Assembly: GCA_026390855.1 (NCBI GenBank)
Contig: JAPLFE010000047.1
Span: 10,599-74,598 of the forward strand
Length of the DNA: 64,000 nucleotides
Reading direction: 5' to 3'
From: Chlorobiales bacterium
Lineage (GTDB): Bacteria; Bacteroidota; Chlorobiia; Chlorobiales; Chlorobiaceae
Below the pieces are notes generated by a model. It was not told where the DNA came from and did not search any database. It saw nothing but the letters and a program-made list of their open reading frames with translations. Both the position numbers and the translations under genes were made by a program. Of the stretch, positions 20,293-29,746 are shown piece after piece. Positions within the stretch are counted from its first letter, which is position 1, and each line of letters starts with the position of its first letter.

Positions 20293-21302
20293 CAAATTTC
20301 ATAATGAATATGCCGATAACACAGGAACTTGTCGAAAAAAAATACCGCCTCTATCACTCCAGAATCAATGATGCACTCGGAGCCTGTTTCGAAAAAGAGT
20401 TTCCAGTCACTCTTTATGCACCAGCCCGATACATTCTTGAAGGAAATGGCAAGAGAATCCGTCCATTTCTGACACTCCTTGCTGCAGAATCAGTAAGCGG
20501 TTCTTCAGAAAACGCTCTCAATGTTGCCCTTGCAGTTGAAATACTCCACAATTTCACCCTGATTCATGATGATATAATGGACCAGGCCGAGCTCCGCCAC
20601 AACAGGCCAACCGTTCATAAGCAATGGAACGTCAACGCTGCCATTCTGACGGGAGATATGATGATTGCATATGCCTATGAGCTCGCTTTACAAGCTAAAG
20701 GAACCCGACATGCGGAACTCATCCATATCCTCAATCACGCCAATATCACTATTTGTGAAGGGCAGGCACTCGATATGGAACTTGAAGAAAAAAAAGACGC
20801 AACAATTGCCGACTACCTCGACATGATTTCAAAAAAAACCGGTCGTCTTATATCAGCCGCCCTCGAAGCCGGTGGAGTTGCAGGAAATGCAACTGAAGAT
20901 CAACTTCAGAATCTGGTGCTGTTCGGCGAAAGAATCGGACGGGCATTCCAGATACAAGATGATTATCTCGATATTATGGCTGTAAATGGAAAGTCAGGCA
21001 AAATGGCGGGAGGCGACATCATCAACGGAAAAAAGACCTACCTGCTCCTTCGATCTCTCGAACTTACAACCGGCACTGATCATGATCTTCTTCAATCCAT
21101 CATCATCAATAAAGGCATAAGTGCAGACAAGGTTTCTGAAGTGAAAGCAATCTATGAACGCTGCGGCATCCTTGCTGAAACAGCTGCACTGATCAATAGT
21201 GATACCGAGGAAGCGCTGAATGCAATTGATAACCTCCCTCATGCCGAAGGACGGGAATACCTGAAAGGATATGCAAACATACTCATGAAAAGAGATTTTT
21301 GA
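20289..21302 (+). CDS. Polyprenyl (geranylgeranyl) diphosphate synthase
   Basis: [16 protein letters not shown] (FARM), [19 protein letters not shown] (SARM), GKKT. Confidence 0.92.
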   Translation: MTNFIMNMPITQELVEKKYRLYHSRINDALGACFEKEFPVTLYAPARYILEGNGKRIRPFLTLLAAESVSGSSENALNVALAVEILHNFTLIHDDIMDQAELRHNRPTVHKQWNVNAAILTGDMMIAYAYELALQAKGTRHAELIHILNHANITICEGQALDMELEEKKDATIADYLDMISKKTGRLISAALEAGGVAGNATEDQLQNLVLFGERIGRAFQIQDDYLDIMAVNGKSGKMAGGDIINGKKTYLLLRSLELTTGTDHDLLQSIIINKGISADKVSEVKAIYERCGILAETAALINSDTEEALNAIDNLPHAEGREYLKGYANILMKRDF

Positions 21303-21333
21303 CCTCCCATGTGTTATTTCCACAAAAACTGCA

Positions 21334-22252
21334 ATGGAAAACAACATCCTCCTGCTTGTCCTCACCCTGATCCCGGGTATCGGCCCTGCAAGAATCAAAG
21401 CCATCACAAGGCATCTGCATAACAGATTGACGGATTCCCTGCCTCTTTGTTCGGGGAAAACTTCCACCTGCAAACACCCCGGCCCTTTCGATTGTAGGCA
21501 CCAGGCACGCATCACCCTACGGCAAACAAAGCACTGCCCTGCTTTGCCATGACCTGGCCCACGCAGGAATCGCCATCTTCAGCGGAATGGCTTATGGTAT
21601 TGATATGGTCGCACATGCAGCAACTCTGGAACACGGAGGAATCACAGTCGCAGTTCTGGCAACCGGCGTCGACACCATCTATACTGACCCCGAAGGAAAA
21701 TTATGGCCCAAAATCCTTGAGCAGGGAGCGCTCATTTCAGAAGAATGGATTGGTTCTACACTCTCTCCCGGAAAATTTCCAAAAAGAAATCGCATCATAT
21801 CAGGAATTTCAGCTGGAACAATTGTTATTGAATCCGATCTCAAAGGAGGGTCACTCATCACAGCTGCTACCGCCCTTGAGCAGAACCGTGAAGTTTTTGC
21901 TGTGCCCGGAAGCATTTTTTCGCGAACCTCGAGAGGAACAAACAAGCTTATCCAGCAAGGACAGGCAAAAGCAGTCATGAATGTTGATGATATCCTTGAT
22001 GAACTCGGTTCACGATTCACAAAAAAAACAGCAAGCAACCCAGCAACTTTGGAGAGCTTACCAACAATCCAACTGACACCACAGGAACAGTCCGTCATGC
22101 AAAGCATGGGCACATCCCCAATTCATATCGATACGCTTTCCACCCTGTCAACCATCGATGTCTCCACACTTCTGGTACATCTTTTTGAACTTGAACTGAA
22201 ATCAGTCATCGTACAACAGCCAGGACAGTTTTTCCAGAAAAAACAGGTCTGA
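21334..22252 (+). pseudogene. dprA: DNA-processing protein DprA, split by internal deletion and frameshift
   Basis: Frame 1 begins MENNILLLVLTLIPGIGPARIKAI. After about 21410-21435 the homology continues in another frame (PCLFVRGKLP...LSIVGTRHASPYG...SGMAYGID...FPKRNRIISG...GGSLITA) with TGA just upstream. Confidence 0.85.
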
Positions 22253-22512
22253 ACCAACACACCGCTTAACCACCCCTTAAAAAGAAGTTTTCTTTCTCTT
22301 TGTATAGCATGTGGAGCCAGCATAAATGACAGCATAATCATTAACCCTTTCAATAACATGGCGTTACGAGGGGCGCTTTATGCCTGACCTTTATTCATAA
22401 AGGCTTTTCAGCTTTTTATAGTTTTTTAACAGGGAATTCTTACCTTTTAATGTATAATTGTGACCACTTTGGCATTATACTGTACCGACTCAGTAACATG
22501 ATAACCTTAACC

Positions 22513-23073
22513 ATGAAATTGATGAATCATTCAAAAAGATTTATAAAGATGTCTCGCCGTATTATTATGGCGGTTGTTCTCAGCCTGGTGCTGGTTGCAC
22601 CCCAATCATTTGCCGCCGCACAAGAGAGTGGAAAAGTTGGTGTGGTAGATACCGGTAAAATCCTGCAGCAGCTTCCTGAAACAAAACAGGCAGAATCCAC
22701 CCTGCAGGCAACCGCTTCTCCACTTCAGAAAGAACTTGACCGTTTGAACAAGGACTATCAAAAGTCAGTCGCCGCTTATCGCCAGCAGGCAGCATCCTTG
22801 ACAAAAGCAGTAAGAGACCAGAGAGAAAAGGAGCTGAACCTTAAAGGCCAGGCACTTGAGAAATACCAGCAGGAAAAATTCGGGCGTGGAGGTGTAATTG
22901 AAAAGAAACAACAGGAACTGTTGGTACCGATTCGCCAGAAAGTCTTAGCAGCTATTGAATCGATTGCTAAAAAAGAAGGAATCACTCTTGTTATCGAAAA
23001 AAGCGCAGCAGTATATGTAACGCCTGAACACGATGTAACTTTCAAGGTGATGAACCAACTGAATATCAAGTAA
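22513..23073 (+). CDS. skp: OmpH/Skp periplasmic chaperone
   Basis: Signal peptide, KVGVVDTGKIL, coiled coil, DVTFKVMNQL. Confidence 0.88.
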   Translation: MKLMNHSKRFIKMSRRIIMAVVLSLVLVAPQSFAAAQESGKVGVVDTGKILQQLPETKQAESTLQATASPLQKELDRLNKDYQKSVAAYRQQAASLTKAVRDQREKELNLKGQALEKYQQEKFGRGGVIEKKQQELLVPIRQKVLAAIESIAKKEGITLVIEKSAAVYVTPEHDVTFKVMNQLNIK

Positions 23074-23085
23074 TTATCTCCTGAA

Positions 23086-23628
23086 TTGAAAAGAGTTGCT
23101 GTTCTTTTTCTGCATGGTATTTTCATCATAGCATCGGGATGCGGCGAACCCAGTTCGGAACGCCGTTCGCCCGAAACAAGCTTTATAGGTATCAATCATC
23201 CCGTGCAGGAAAGCTGGAGTGTAAAAATTTCACTGACAGAGGCCGGAATAAAACGGGGAATCATCGAAGCAGGACACGGTGCCGAATACCGAACAAACCA
23301 GGGAAATGAACATCAACTCGACAATGGAATCAGGGTTACTTTCTTTGACATTTCTGGAAATCCCACGACAACCATCACTGCCCAAAAGGCAGTGATACAT
23401 GATAATCAGGACATTGAGGCGCAAGGCAACGTTGTTATTACGTCCAGCGGCACAATAATAAAAACAGAGTATATCAAACGGACGAGCAAAGATAAAATGA
23501 TTCGTTCAGATAAGCTTGTTACCATTATCAAGCCAGATGAAACCATCACTGGCCAAGGTTTTGAGAGTGACCAAACCTTAAAAAAATACCGGATTTTCCG
23601 GGGAAGCGGAAAAGCATTTATAAAATAA
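23086..23628 (+). CDS. lptC: LPS export ABC transporter periplasmic protein LptC
   Basis: Lipoprotein-like N-terminus, beta-jellyroll pattern (GIRVTFFD...ITAQKA...AQGNVVI...ITGQGFESD). Confidence 0.8.
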   Translation: MKRVAVLFLHGIFIIASGCGEPSSERRSPETSFIGINHPVQESWSVKISLTEAGIKRGIIEAGHGAEYRTNQGNEHQLDNGIRVTFFDISGNPTTTITAQKAVIHDNQDIEAQGNVVITSSGTIIKTEYIKRTSKDKMIRSDKLVTIIKPDETITGQGFESDQTLKKYRIFRGSGKAFIK

Positions 23629-23647
23629 TTTTGAAGGTTCTTTGTTC

Positions 23648-24034
23648 ATGAAATTACATGTTTTAAAATCAAAAATTCATAACGCTATTGTTACCAGCGG
23701 AGATCTCGAATATGAAGGAAGCATCACCATCGACACTGAGCTTCTTGAAATGGTCGACATGATTCCCAACGAGAAAGTTCTTGTAGTCAACAATAATAAT
23801 GGTGAGCGGTTTGAAACTTACATCATTAAAGGAGCTCATGGCTCCAGAGAAATTCAGTTGAATGGAGCAGCCGCCCGATGCGCCCTGGTTGGTGATGAAA
23901 TCATTATTATGACCTTTGCTACCATGGACCCGGCAGAAGCACGCACCCATAAACCGATGGTTCTTATTGTCGACAAACAGAATAACCCAAAAAGTCGACA
24001 CCATGTAGGCGAGGAAGGCGAAAAGTTATCATAA
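23648..24034 (+). CDS. panD: Aspartate 1-decarboxylase
   Basis: [15 protein letters not shown] cleavage site, [15 protein letters not shown]. Confidence 0.96.
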   Translation: MKLHVLKSKIHNAIVTSGDLEYEGSITIDTELLEMVDMIPNEKVLVVNNNNGERFETYIIKGAHGSREIQLNGAAARCALVGDEIIIMTFATMDPAEARTHKPMVLIVDKQNNPKSRHHVGEEGEKLS

Positions 24035-24065
24035 TCCCCTAACACCCCCACTGATAAACAATTCA

Positions 24066-24836
24066 ATGGCACTTGCAATAATTGTCATGGCTGCCGGAAA
24101 AGGCACACGGATGCAATCAGACCTTCCAAAGGTACTGCATCAGGCAAACGGTCGCCCTCTCATTGAGTATGTACTCAATACATCATGCGCTCTTGACCCA
24201 AAAGAAATTGTACTGATTATCGGGCATCAGGCAGAACTCGTCAAAAACGCCACGAGTAAATACCCAGTTAACACAGCGATTCAGGAGCCCCAGCTGGGAA
24301 CGGGTCATGCCATCATGCAGGCAGAAGCCAGTCTCAGGAATTTCGAAGGAGAGGTACTCATCCTCTCCGGCGATGCACCATTAGTCAACGTCCTGACCCT
24401 CAAAAAGCTTCTTGCATTTCACCATTCCAGAAATGCAGTAGCAACCGTCCTGACAGCCGAGATAGAAAATCCAACAGGATACGGAAGAATTATTCGAGAA
24501 GCCAAGAGCGACAACGTCCTGAAAATTGTAGAACAAAAGGATGCTTCCAAAGAAGAACTCTCCGTACAAGAAATCAATTCTGGTATTTACGTTTTCAATG
24601 CACAGATACTTTTCGATGCTCTCGGAAAAATCAATACAAACAATGCTCAAAAAGAGTATTATTTGACCGATGTTTTCGGTATCTGCTTCCAGAACGGTAA
24701 ACGTGTCTGTGCCTTTAAAACCGACAATCCCAACGAAATTATTGGCATCAACACACCCGAACAGCTTAAAGAAGTTGAACGGCTACTGCTCTTGGAACAG
24801 CCATTGGAAACGGTAAACCCCCAAGAGAGGGGGTAA
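24066..24836 (+). CDS. Sugar-phosphate nucleotidyltransferase (GlmU N-terminal domain only)
   Basis: MAAGKGTRMQSDLPKVLH, QLGTGHA, SGDAP, YGRIIR, EINSGIY, EYYLTD; no acetyltransferase domain. Confidence 0.88.
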   Translation: MALAIIVMAAGKGTRMQSDLPKVLHQANGRPLIEYVLNTSCALDPKEIVLIIGHQAELVKNATSKYPVNTAIQEPQLGTGHAIMQAEASLRNFEGEVLILSGDAPLVNVLTLKKLLAFHHSRNAVATVLTAEIENPTGYGRIIREAKSDNVLKIVEQKDASKEELSVQEINSGIYVFNAQILFDALGKINTNNAQKEYYLTDVFGICFQNGKRVCAFKTDNPNEIIGINTPEQLKEVERLLLLEQPLETVNPQERG

Positions 24837-24920
24837 ACAGAGAAGTTTAACTTCTGTAATGGATGGAATCGGTATTTCAAAAGTTACAGAGGGGAATGCC
24901 TAAGCCAGTCAACCGCTTGG

Positions 24921-25418
24921 CTACTTTCTGGAACGACGAGGTTTTTTAGCTTCCATCTCTTCTACCATTTTCTGCCTGGTTGGGATGGCGTGAACATTTG
25001 GAGAGGAAAGATCAATATCAGCACTGTCATTCTGTATTCCTATGTCATGCATGGAATAGAACTCTACAAGGTTCCCATCAGGGTCCATGACAAAAAAGGC
25101 TCTTCCTTCCCGCCGATGAGCTGGTCGGGTCACAATATGGACTCCCCTTTCATCCAGATAGTTCACAGCTTCATCCACCTCAGCATCCGAGGCAAGCCTG
25201 AACCCGAAATGATCAACCCTGATATCCCTTGCTTGAGGGGAACCTGGTGTTTCCGCCTTCACAAGCACAAGCATATCCGAGTTGACACGCAGATAGGAAA
25301 TATTTGCACCAACCCTGTGATCAAGCTTCAGCCCAAGAATACCACCATAAAATTCTTCGGCAAGACCCAGGTCATTGACGCGAAGGGTAATTTGATTAAT
25401 CCCCGTCAGTTTCATCAT
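24921..25418 (-). CDS. VOC/glyoxalase family protein
   Basis: QITLRVNDL...EFYGGILGL, DHFGFR, FFVMDPDGNLVEF. Confidence 0.85.
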   Translation of the reverse strand: MMKLTGINQITLRVNDLGLAEEFYGGILGLKLDHRVGANISYLRVNSDMLVLVKAETPGSPQARDIRVDHFGFRLASDAEVDEAVNYLDERGVHIVTRPAHRREGRAFFVMDPDGNLVEFYSMHDIGIQNDSADIDLSSPNVHAIPTRQKMVEEMEAKKPRRSRK

Positions 25419-25749
25419 CTTCTTCAATTTGAACAACCTTTTTTTCAACAGGCTTGTCTATTGTATAATCGTATTTATGCTCAAAGTAATCAGCAACAGC
25501 CTTATGCGACGACTTTTCACGGCTTTCAAATTCAAGACTGATAGCTATCTGTTCAGGAAATACCTTATCCGATTCAGATTCGCTGCTTGGATTGCGGGTC
25601 ATTTCCTTAAAAGGAAGAAGCTTATCTTCAAGTTCCGCACGCTCTTCATCGTGCAATTTTTTTGCTTTTTTTGAAATAGCGACAACCGTTTCATACAAAT
25701 TCGAGTGCGCACTTCTCAGCATATTCAAGTCTACAGGTTTAACCGACAT
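25396..25749 (-). CDS. rpoZ: RNA polymerase omega subunit
   Basis: NLYETVVAISKKAKKL; downstream of gmk. Confidence 0.75.
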   Translation of the reverse strand: MSVKPVDLNMLRSAHSNLYETVVAISKKAKKLHDEERAELEDKLLPFKEMTRNPSSESESDKVFPEQIAISLEFESREKSSHKAVADYFEHKYDYTIDKPVEKKVVQIEEDDETDGD

Positions 25750-25760
25750 TGCACCTTATT

Positions 25761-26342
25761 TTACGTGTTTGAAAGAAATTTAGTGATTATTGCCGTGACT
25801 GTATCGACCGCCTGATCAAGAGTATCATTAACAACTACCTCATCAAATTGGTTTGCATATCCTAACTCCAGCCAGGCCCTCTCAAGGCGTGCTTTCAGAC
25901 TCTCTTCATCCTCACTGTCACGCCCTTTAAGTCTCTGCCTTAAAACATCCATACTAGGCGGCTTTATAAACAGCAATAACGAATTATCAGGAAATAATTT
26001 TTTGAGATTCAAAGCACCCATCACATCAAGGTCCAGCAGAATATTGATGCCTGAGTCAATGACTTCAAGGGTTTTATCAAGCAGCGTACCGTAATGGTTT
26101 CCAAAAAAGAACTCATGCTCTATAAAGCCACCGGTATCAATCTTTTCCTCAAATTCTTCTTTAGTCAGAAAATAATAGTTGAGGCCATTTTCCTCACCAG
26201 GTCTTTTTTGCCTGGTTGTGGCTGACACCGAAAACCTGATATTCGGTATACGTTCAAGTATCAGTTTCGATATTGTAGATTTACCGGTACCCGATGGAGC
26301 CGAAAAAACTATCAGTTTTCCCTGCCGCCTCACTTCAGACAT
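25761..26342 (-). CDS. gmk: Guanylate kinase
   Basis: SAPSGTGKST, SVSATTRQKRPGE, YGT, FIKPPS. Confidence 0.96.
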   Translation of the reverse strand: MSEVRRQGKLIVFSAPSGTGKSTISKLILERIPNIRFSVSATTRQKRPGEENGLNYYFLTKEEFEEKIDTGGFIEHEFFFGNHYGTLLDKTLEVIDSGINILLDLDVMGALNLKKLFPDNSLLLFIKPPSMDVLRQRLKGRDSEDEESLKARLERAWLELGYANQFDEVVVNDTLDQAVDTVTAIITKFLSNT

Positions 26343-26346
26343 ATCA

Positions 26347-27234
26347 TTACTCTATATTTTGCAGCTGCTCCCTTATTTTTTCCAGATTTTCCTTAATCTG
26401 AACAATTTTCTGGGAAATTTCTGCATTCTGGGATTTTGATGCAATAGTATTTGCTTCACGCAACTGCTCCTGCAAAAGAAAATTCAGTTTACGTCCAGTA
26501 CCACTCTCATCATTGCTTAACTCTTCAAGAAAAAACTTGTTATGGCTTGCAAACCGGATTAACTCCTCCGTAATATCAAGCTTATCAGCAGCAAGCACCA
26601 ACTCCATTTCAAGGCGGTCCCGGCTGTACGTCAAATCCTTACCAGCCACAGCTTCCACTTTAGCAGCAAGCCGTTTTCGTACCACCTCAAGATTTTCCGA
26701 TGCCAGAGTTGTAATCTGTACAAGAGTACTTTCAATTTCAGCTATTCTTTTGGTAAAGTCCACTGAAAGCTCTTCTCCTTCCCGGCGACGCATCGCCTTA
26801 AGACGAGCAATTGCCTCCCTTAAAAGATCTTTAACAAACGGCCAAAGCTGTTCCGCATTATCAAGCGAAGATGTTCCGTTATCGAATATTTCAGGGAACT
26901 TGAGGAGATGCTCAAGAGTAACAGGAGCTGTAAGCTCCGCTTCTCTCACAAGAGTATCGAGCAGCTCTTTATACGCTTTTACTTTTGAGGTATTGACGGT
27001 GACGGAGATGGGATGTTCCTCATCAAGCTGAACCTGAATAAACGCCGAAATTTTCCCCCTCTGAAATTGCGTCCGAATCAGTTCCCGGACTTCAAGTTCA
27101 AACGAAAGTAACTGGCGAGGAAGCTTGACACTGATTTCAGCAAACCGGTTGTTGACTGAACGTAACTCAACAAGAGTCTTTGTCCCACATTCAACTGACT
27201 CCGCACTGCCATATCCGGTCATACTTTCCAACAT
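26347..27234 (-). CDS. yicC: YicC/YloC family endoribonuclease
   Basis: SMTGYG, ELRSVNNRF, DKLDITEE, GRKLNFLLQEQLREANTIASK, REQLQNIE. Confidence 0.92.
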   Translation of the reverse strand: MLESMTGYGSAESVECGTKTLVELRSVNNRFAEISVKLPRQLLSFELEVRELIRTQFQRGKISAFIQVQLDEEHPISVTVNTSKVKAYKELLDTLVREAELTAPVTLEHLLKFPEIFDNGTSSLDNAEQLWPFVKDLLREAIARLKAMRRREGEELSVDFTKRIAEIESTLVQITTLASENLEVVRKRLAAKVEAVAGKDLTYSRDRLEMELVLAADKLDITEELIRFASHNKFFLEELSNDESGTGRKLNFLLQEQLREANTIASKSQNAEISQKIVQIKENLEKIREQLQNIE

Positions 27235-27270
27235 AAGTTCTCTAGCTGCATTCTTTGTTAAAAAGATAAC

Positions 27271-27294
27271 CTGCAGGGTTGAGCAACCCTGCAG
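27271..27294 (-). terminator. Hairpin terminator downstream of rpsO
   Basis: CTGCAGGGTTG-ag-CAACCCTGCAG inverted repeat followed by TTATCTTTTT on the minus strand. Confidence 0.6.
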
Positions 27295-27329
27295 AAATCA
27301 GGCATAAAAAAAGTTCAAATTCCCAGCTC

Positions 27330-27599
27330 TTACTTGCGAAGATCAAGCTCGGCTATCACTTTACGGTAGCGATTGATATCGACATTTTTCAGGTAATTCA
27401 GCATTTTTTTGCGTTTGGCAACCAGCATAAGCAATCCACGACGAGAGTGCTTATCCTTCGGGTGCAACTGCAAATGACCGGTAAGATCAGAAATTCTACG
27501 GGTGTACAACGCAACCTGAACCTCTGACTTCCCGGTATTCTTTTCTGAAGCACCAAACTGCGTGATAACTTCCGCTTTATATTCTTTTGTAAGGCTCAT
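27330..27599 (-). CDS. rpsO: 30S ribosomal protein S15
   Basis: TGKSEVQVAL, HPKDKHSRRGLL, LDLRK. Confidence 0.96.
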   Translation of the reverse strand: MSLTKEYKAEVITQFGASEKNTGKSEVQVALYTRRISDLTGHLQLHPKDKHSRRGLLMLVAKRKKMLNYLKNVDINRYRKVIAELDLRK

Positions 27600-27647
27600 A
27601 TCTCTTCGTTTGTTATGTTAAATCGGTTGACCTTTAATATAATATTA

Positions 27648-28610
27648 TTAACAATACAACTCTACCGTTTTTTTATCTTTTTCAATCTGCAACTTCATCT
27701 CTTCAAGAGACGAAAACTTCCTTTCCTCCCTGATAAACTTGAGCAAACTGAACTTAACGAGAGAACCATAGAGGTCGCCATGATACCCTAACAGATAAGC
27801 CTCCACTGTTGTAATCCCCTCATGAGAAACCGTTGGACGTACACCAACATTCATCAGGGCCATAAAGCAAACACCATCTACCATTGTCCGTGCCAGATAG
27901 ACTCCCGCACGAGGCAGCAGTTTATCAGAATCAGACAATTTTATATTGACGGTAGGAAACCCTATTTCCCTTCCCAGCTTATCACCATGAACCACGGTGC
28001 CCGAAATCATATAGGGTGAACCAAGAAATTCATTGGCATCCTCAATCATACCACTTGCAAGCAAAGAACGTATCCTGGTACTTGAAAAATGTTCATTCCC
28101 AATCAATACCTCATCAACAACCTCAACATCAAACCCAAGCTCACGTCCCAGATATTCAAGCGTCTTGCCGCTCCCGCTCCTGTCACGCCCAAAGGCATGA
28201 TCATATCCAACAATAATACTTTTTGCGCCAAGCAGCTTGACCAGAACATTCCGAATAAAATCATCAGAAGTACGCGATGCAAAATCAGGGGTAAAACGAA
28301 CAACAAAAAGAAGATCAACACTCTCCTCAGCAAGAAGATCTATTTTTTCCTCCAGAGTAGTAAGCAATCCAAGAGGGCCAGAAACAGCTCCCTTAAGCAC
28401 CCTTCTAGGATGCGGCTCAAAAGTCACAACAACACTTCTCAAATGGCGACGTTCTGCAAGAGCAACCATCCGCGCAATAATCATCCGATGCCCTTTATGC
28501 ACGCCATCGTAGGAACCAACCGTCACCACAGAATCAATGGGAATAAAATCAACCGCAGACCGCGACCCGTAGTTGTACACCTGATTATTGTCATACTCAA
28601 CAATACGCAT
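27648..28610 (-). CDS. ribF: Bifunctional riboflavin kinase/FAD synthetase
   Basis: GSYDGVHKGH, TFEPHP, GYDHAFG, SSTRIR, IGFPTVN, GVRPT, EAYL. Confidence 0.95.
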   Translation of the reverse strand: MRIVEYDNNQVYNYGSRSAVDFIPIDSVVTVGSYDGVHKGHRMIIARMVALAERRHLRSVVVTFEPHPRRVLKGAVSGPLGLLTTLEEKIDLLAEESVDLLFVVRFTPDFASRTSDDFIRNVLVKLLGAKSIIVGYDHAFGRDRSGSGKTLEYLGRELGFDVEVVDEVLIGNEHFSSTRIRSLLASGMIEDANEFLGSPYMISGTVVHGDKLGREIGFPTVNIKLSDSDKLLPRAGVYLARTMVDGVCFMALMNVGVRPTVSHEGITTVEAYLLGYHGDLYGSLVKFSLLKFIREERKFSSLEEMKLQIEKDKKTVELYC

Positions 28611-28629
28611 ACGTCCTTGTAATCTCCCT

Positions 28630-29355
28630 TCACCCGGGCGGGGTGGTTGATGCCTGCCGAAGAATATCTTCCATGGTGTCTGCAACTGAGCGGGCAGACC
28701 TCAGCTCATAAGGGCCGATTGATACCCGCCTGAGGGAAGCTAAATAACCTCCAACACCCAGCGCCGCACCAAACTCATGCGCAATAACCCTTATATAAGC
28801 ACCTTTGGAAACATGAAGAATAAAATAAACCATCGGAAGATCAATCCGAGTAACCTCAAACCGATGGATAAAAATCTCTTTTGCTTTTCGCTCCTTGATC
28901 ACCACTCCCTTACGGGCATGTTCATACAGACGCTTGCCGTTGTGCCAGGCAGCCGAATGCATAGGTGGTTGCTGCAGACGCTCACCAATAAATTCCGAAG
29001 CAACCATACGGATTTGCATCTCCGTCAGGTGATCTACAGTGCGGTGTCCATATTCATCGGTTTCAACATCATGGCTTTCCGTCATGACACCGAGCTTTAT
29101 GGAGCCGTCATAAACCTTGTCAAGCACTTCAAGGCTTGCAATTTCTTTCGTTTTACGGCCAGAAGCAAGAAGAAGCAGGCCGGTAGCCTTCGGGTCAAGC
29201 GTACCGCAGTGACCTACCTTCTTCTTAAACCCACTGCGATTATAAGTGTTCCTGATTTTTGCCACCACATCAAACGACGTCCAATCCAGCGGCTTATCAA
29301 CCAGAAGAAACTCCCCATCATCACAGCCAGGCTCTCTATTCAGGCTCTTTTCCAT
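28630..29355 (-). CDS. truB: tRNA pseudouridine(55) synthase
   Basis: VDKPLDWTSFDVV, GHCGTLDPKATG, QQPPMHSA, SKGAYIR. Confidence 0.95.
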   Translation of the reverse strand: MEKSLNREPGCDDGEFLLVDKPLDWTSFDVVAKIRNTYNRSGFKKKVGHCGTLDPKATGLLLLASGRKTKEIASLEVLDKVYDGSIKLGVMTESHDVETDEYGHRTVDHLTEMQIRMVASEFIGERLQQPPMHSAAWHNGKRLYEHARKGVVIKERKAKEIFIHRFEVTRIDLPMVYFILHVSKGAYIRVIAHEFGAALGVGGYLASLRRVSIGPYELRSARSVADTMEDILRQASTTPPG

Positions 29356-29728
29356 GCACACTCTTCGGTTCATCGCTATGAACGGAACCTTTTCTCACCT
29401 CATTCAAAAGCTGTTCAATCCTGTTCGCACGTTCATAAAGATGATCTTCATGAAACTCCAGTTCAGGAATACGCCTGAACTGATGCCGGATTTTCGACGA
29501 AAGAATCATCCTGATGCTCTTTGTTGAATCCAACAAAAATGCCATCGCTTTTTCCTGTTCTTTATCCGTACCGATAATAGAAACATACACCCTTGCAATA
29601 CTCAAATCAGCAGTAACCTTAACCTCAACAACAGTAACTATCGGACCACCACGAGGAAGCTCCTTTTGAAGGATTGCTCCAAGTTCCTGCTGCAGCAGCG
29701 ACGAAACCCTTTCAGTACGTATCGACAT
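29336..29728 (-). CDS. rbfA: Ribosome-binding factor A
   Basis: TVVEVKVTADLSIARVYVS, RRIPELEFHED. Confidence 0.94.
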   Translation of the reverse strand: MSIRTERVSSLLQQELGAILQKELPRGGPIVTVVEVKVTADLSIARVYVSIIGTDKEQEKAMAFLLDSTKSIRMILSSKIRHQFRRIPELEFHEDHLYERANRIEQLLNEVRKGSVHSDEPKSVHGKEPE

Positions 29729-29746
29729 AAATCAACAATAATCAGT

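Noticed and set aside
24066-24836. GlmU lacking its acetyltransferase domain
   Set aside because: Clean stop and intact motifs; stand-alone nucleotidyltransferase domains are common in Bacteroidota/Chlorobiota.
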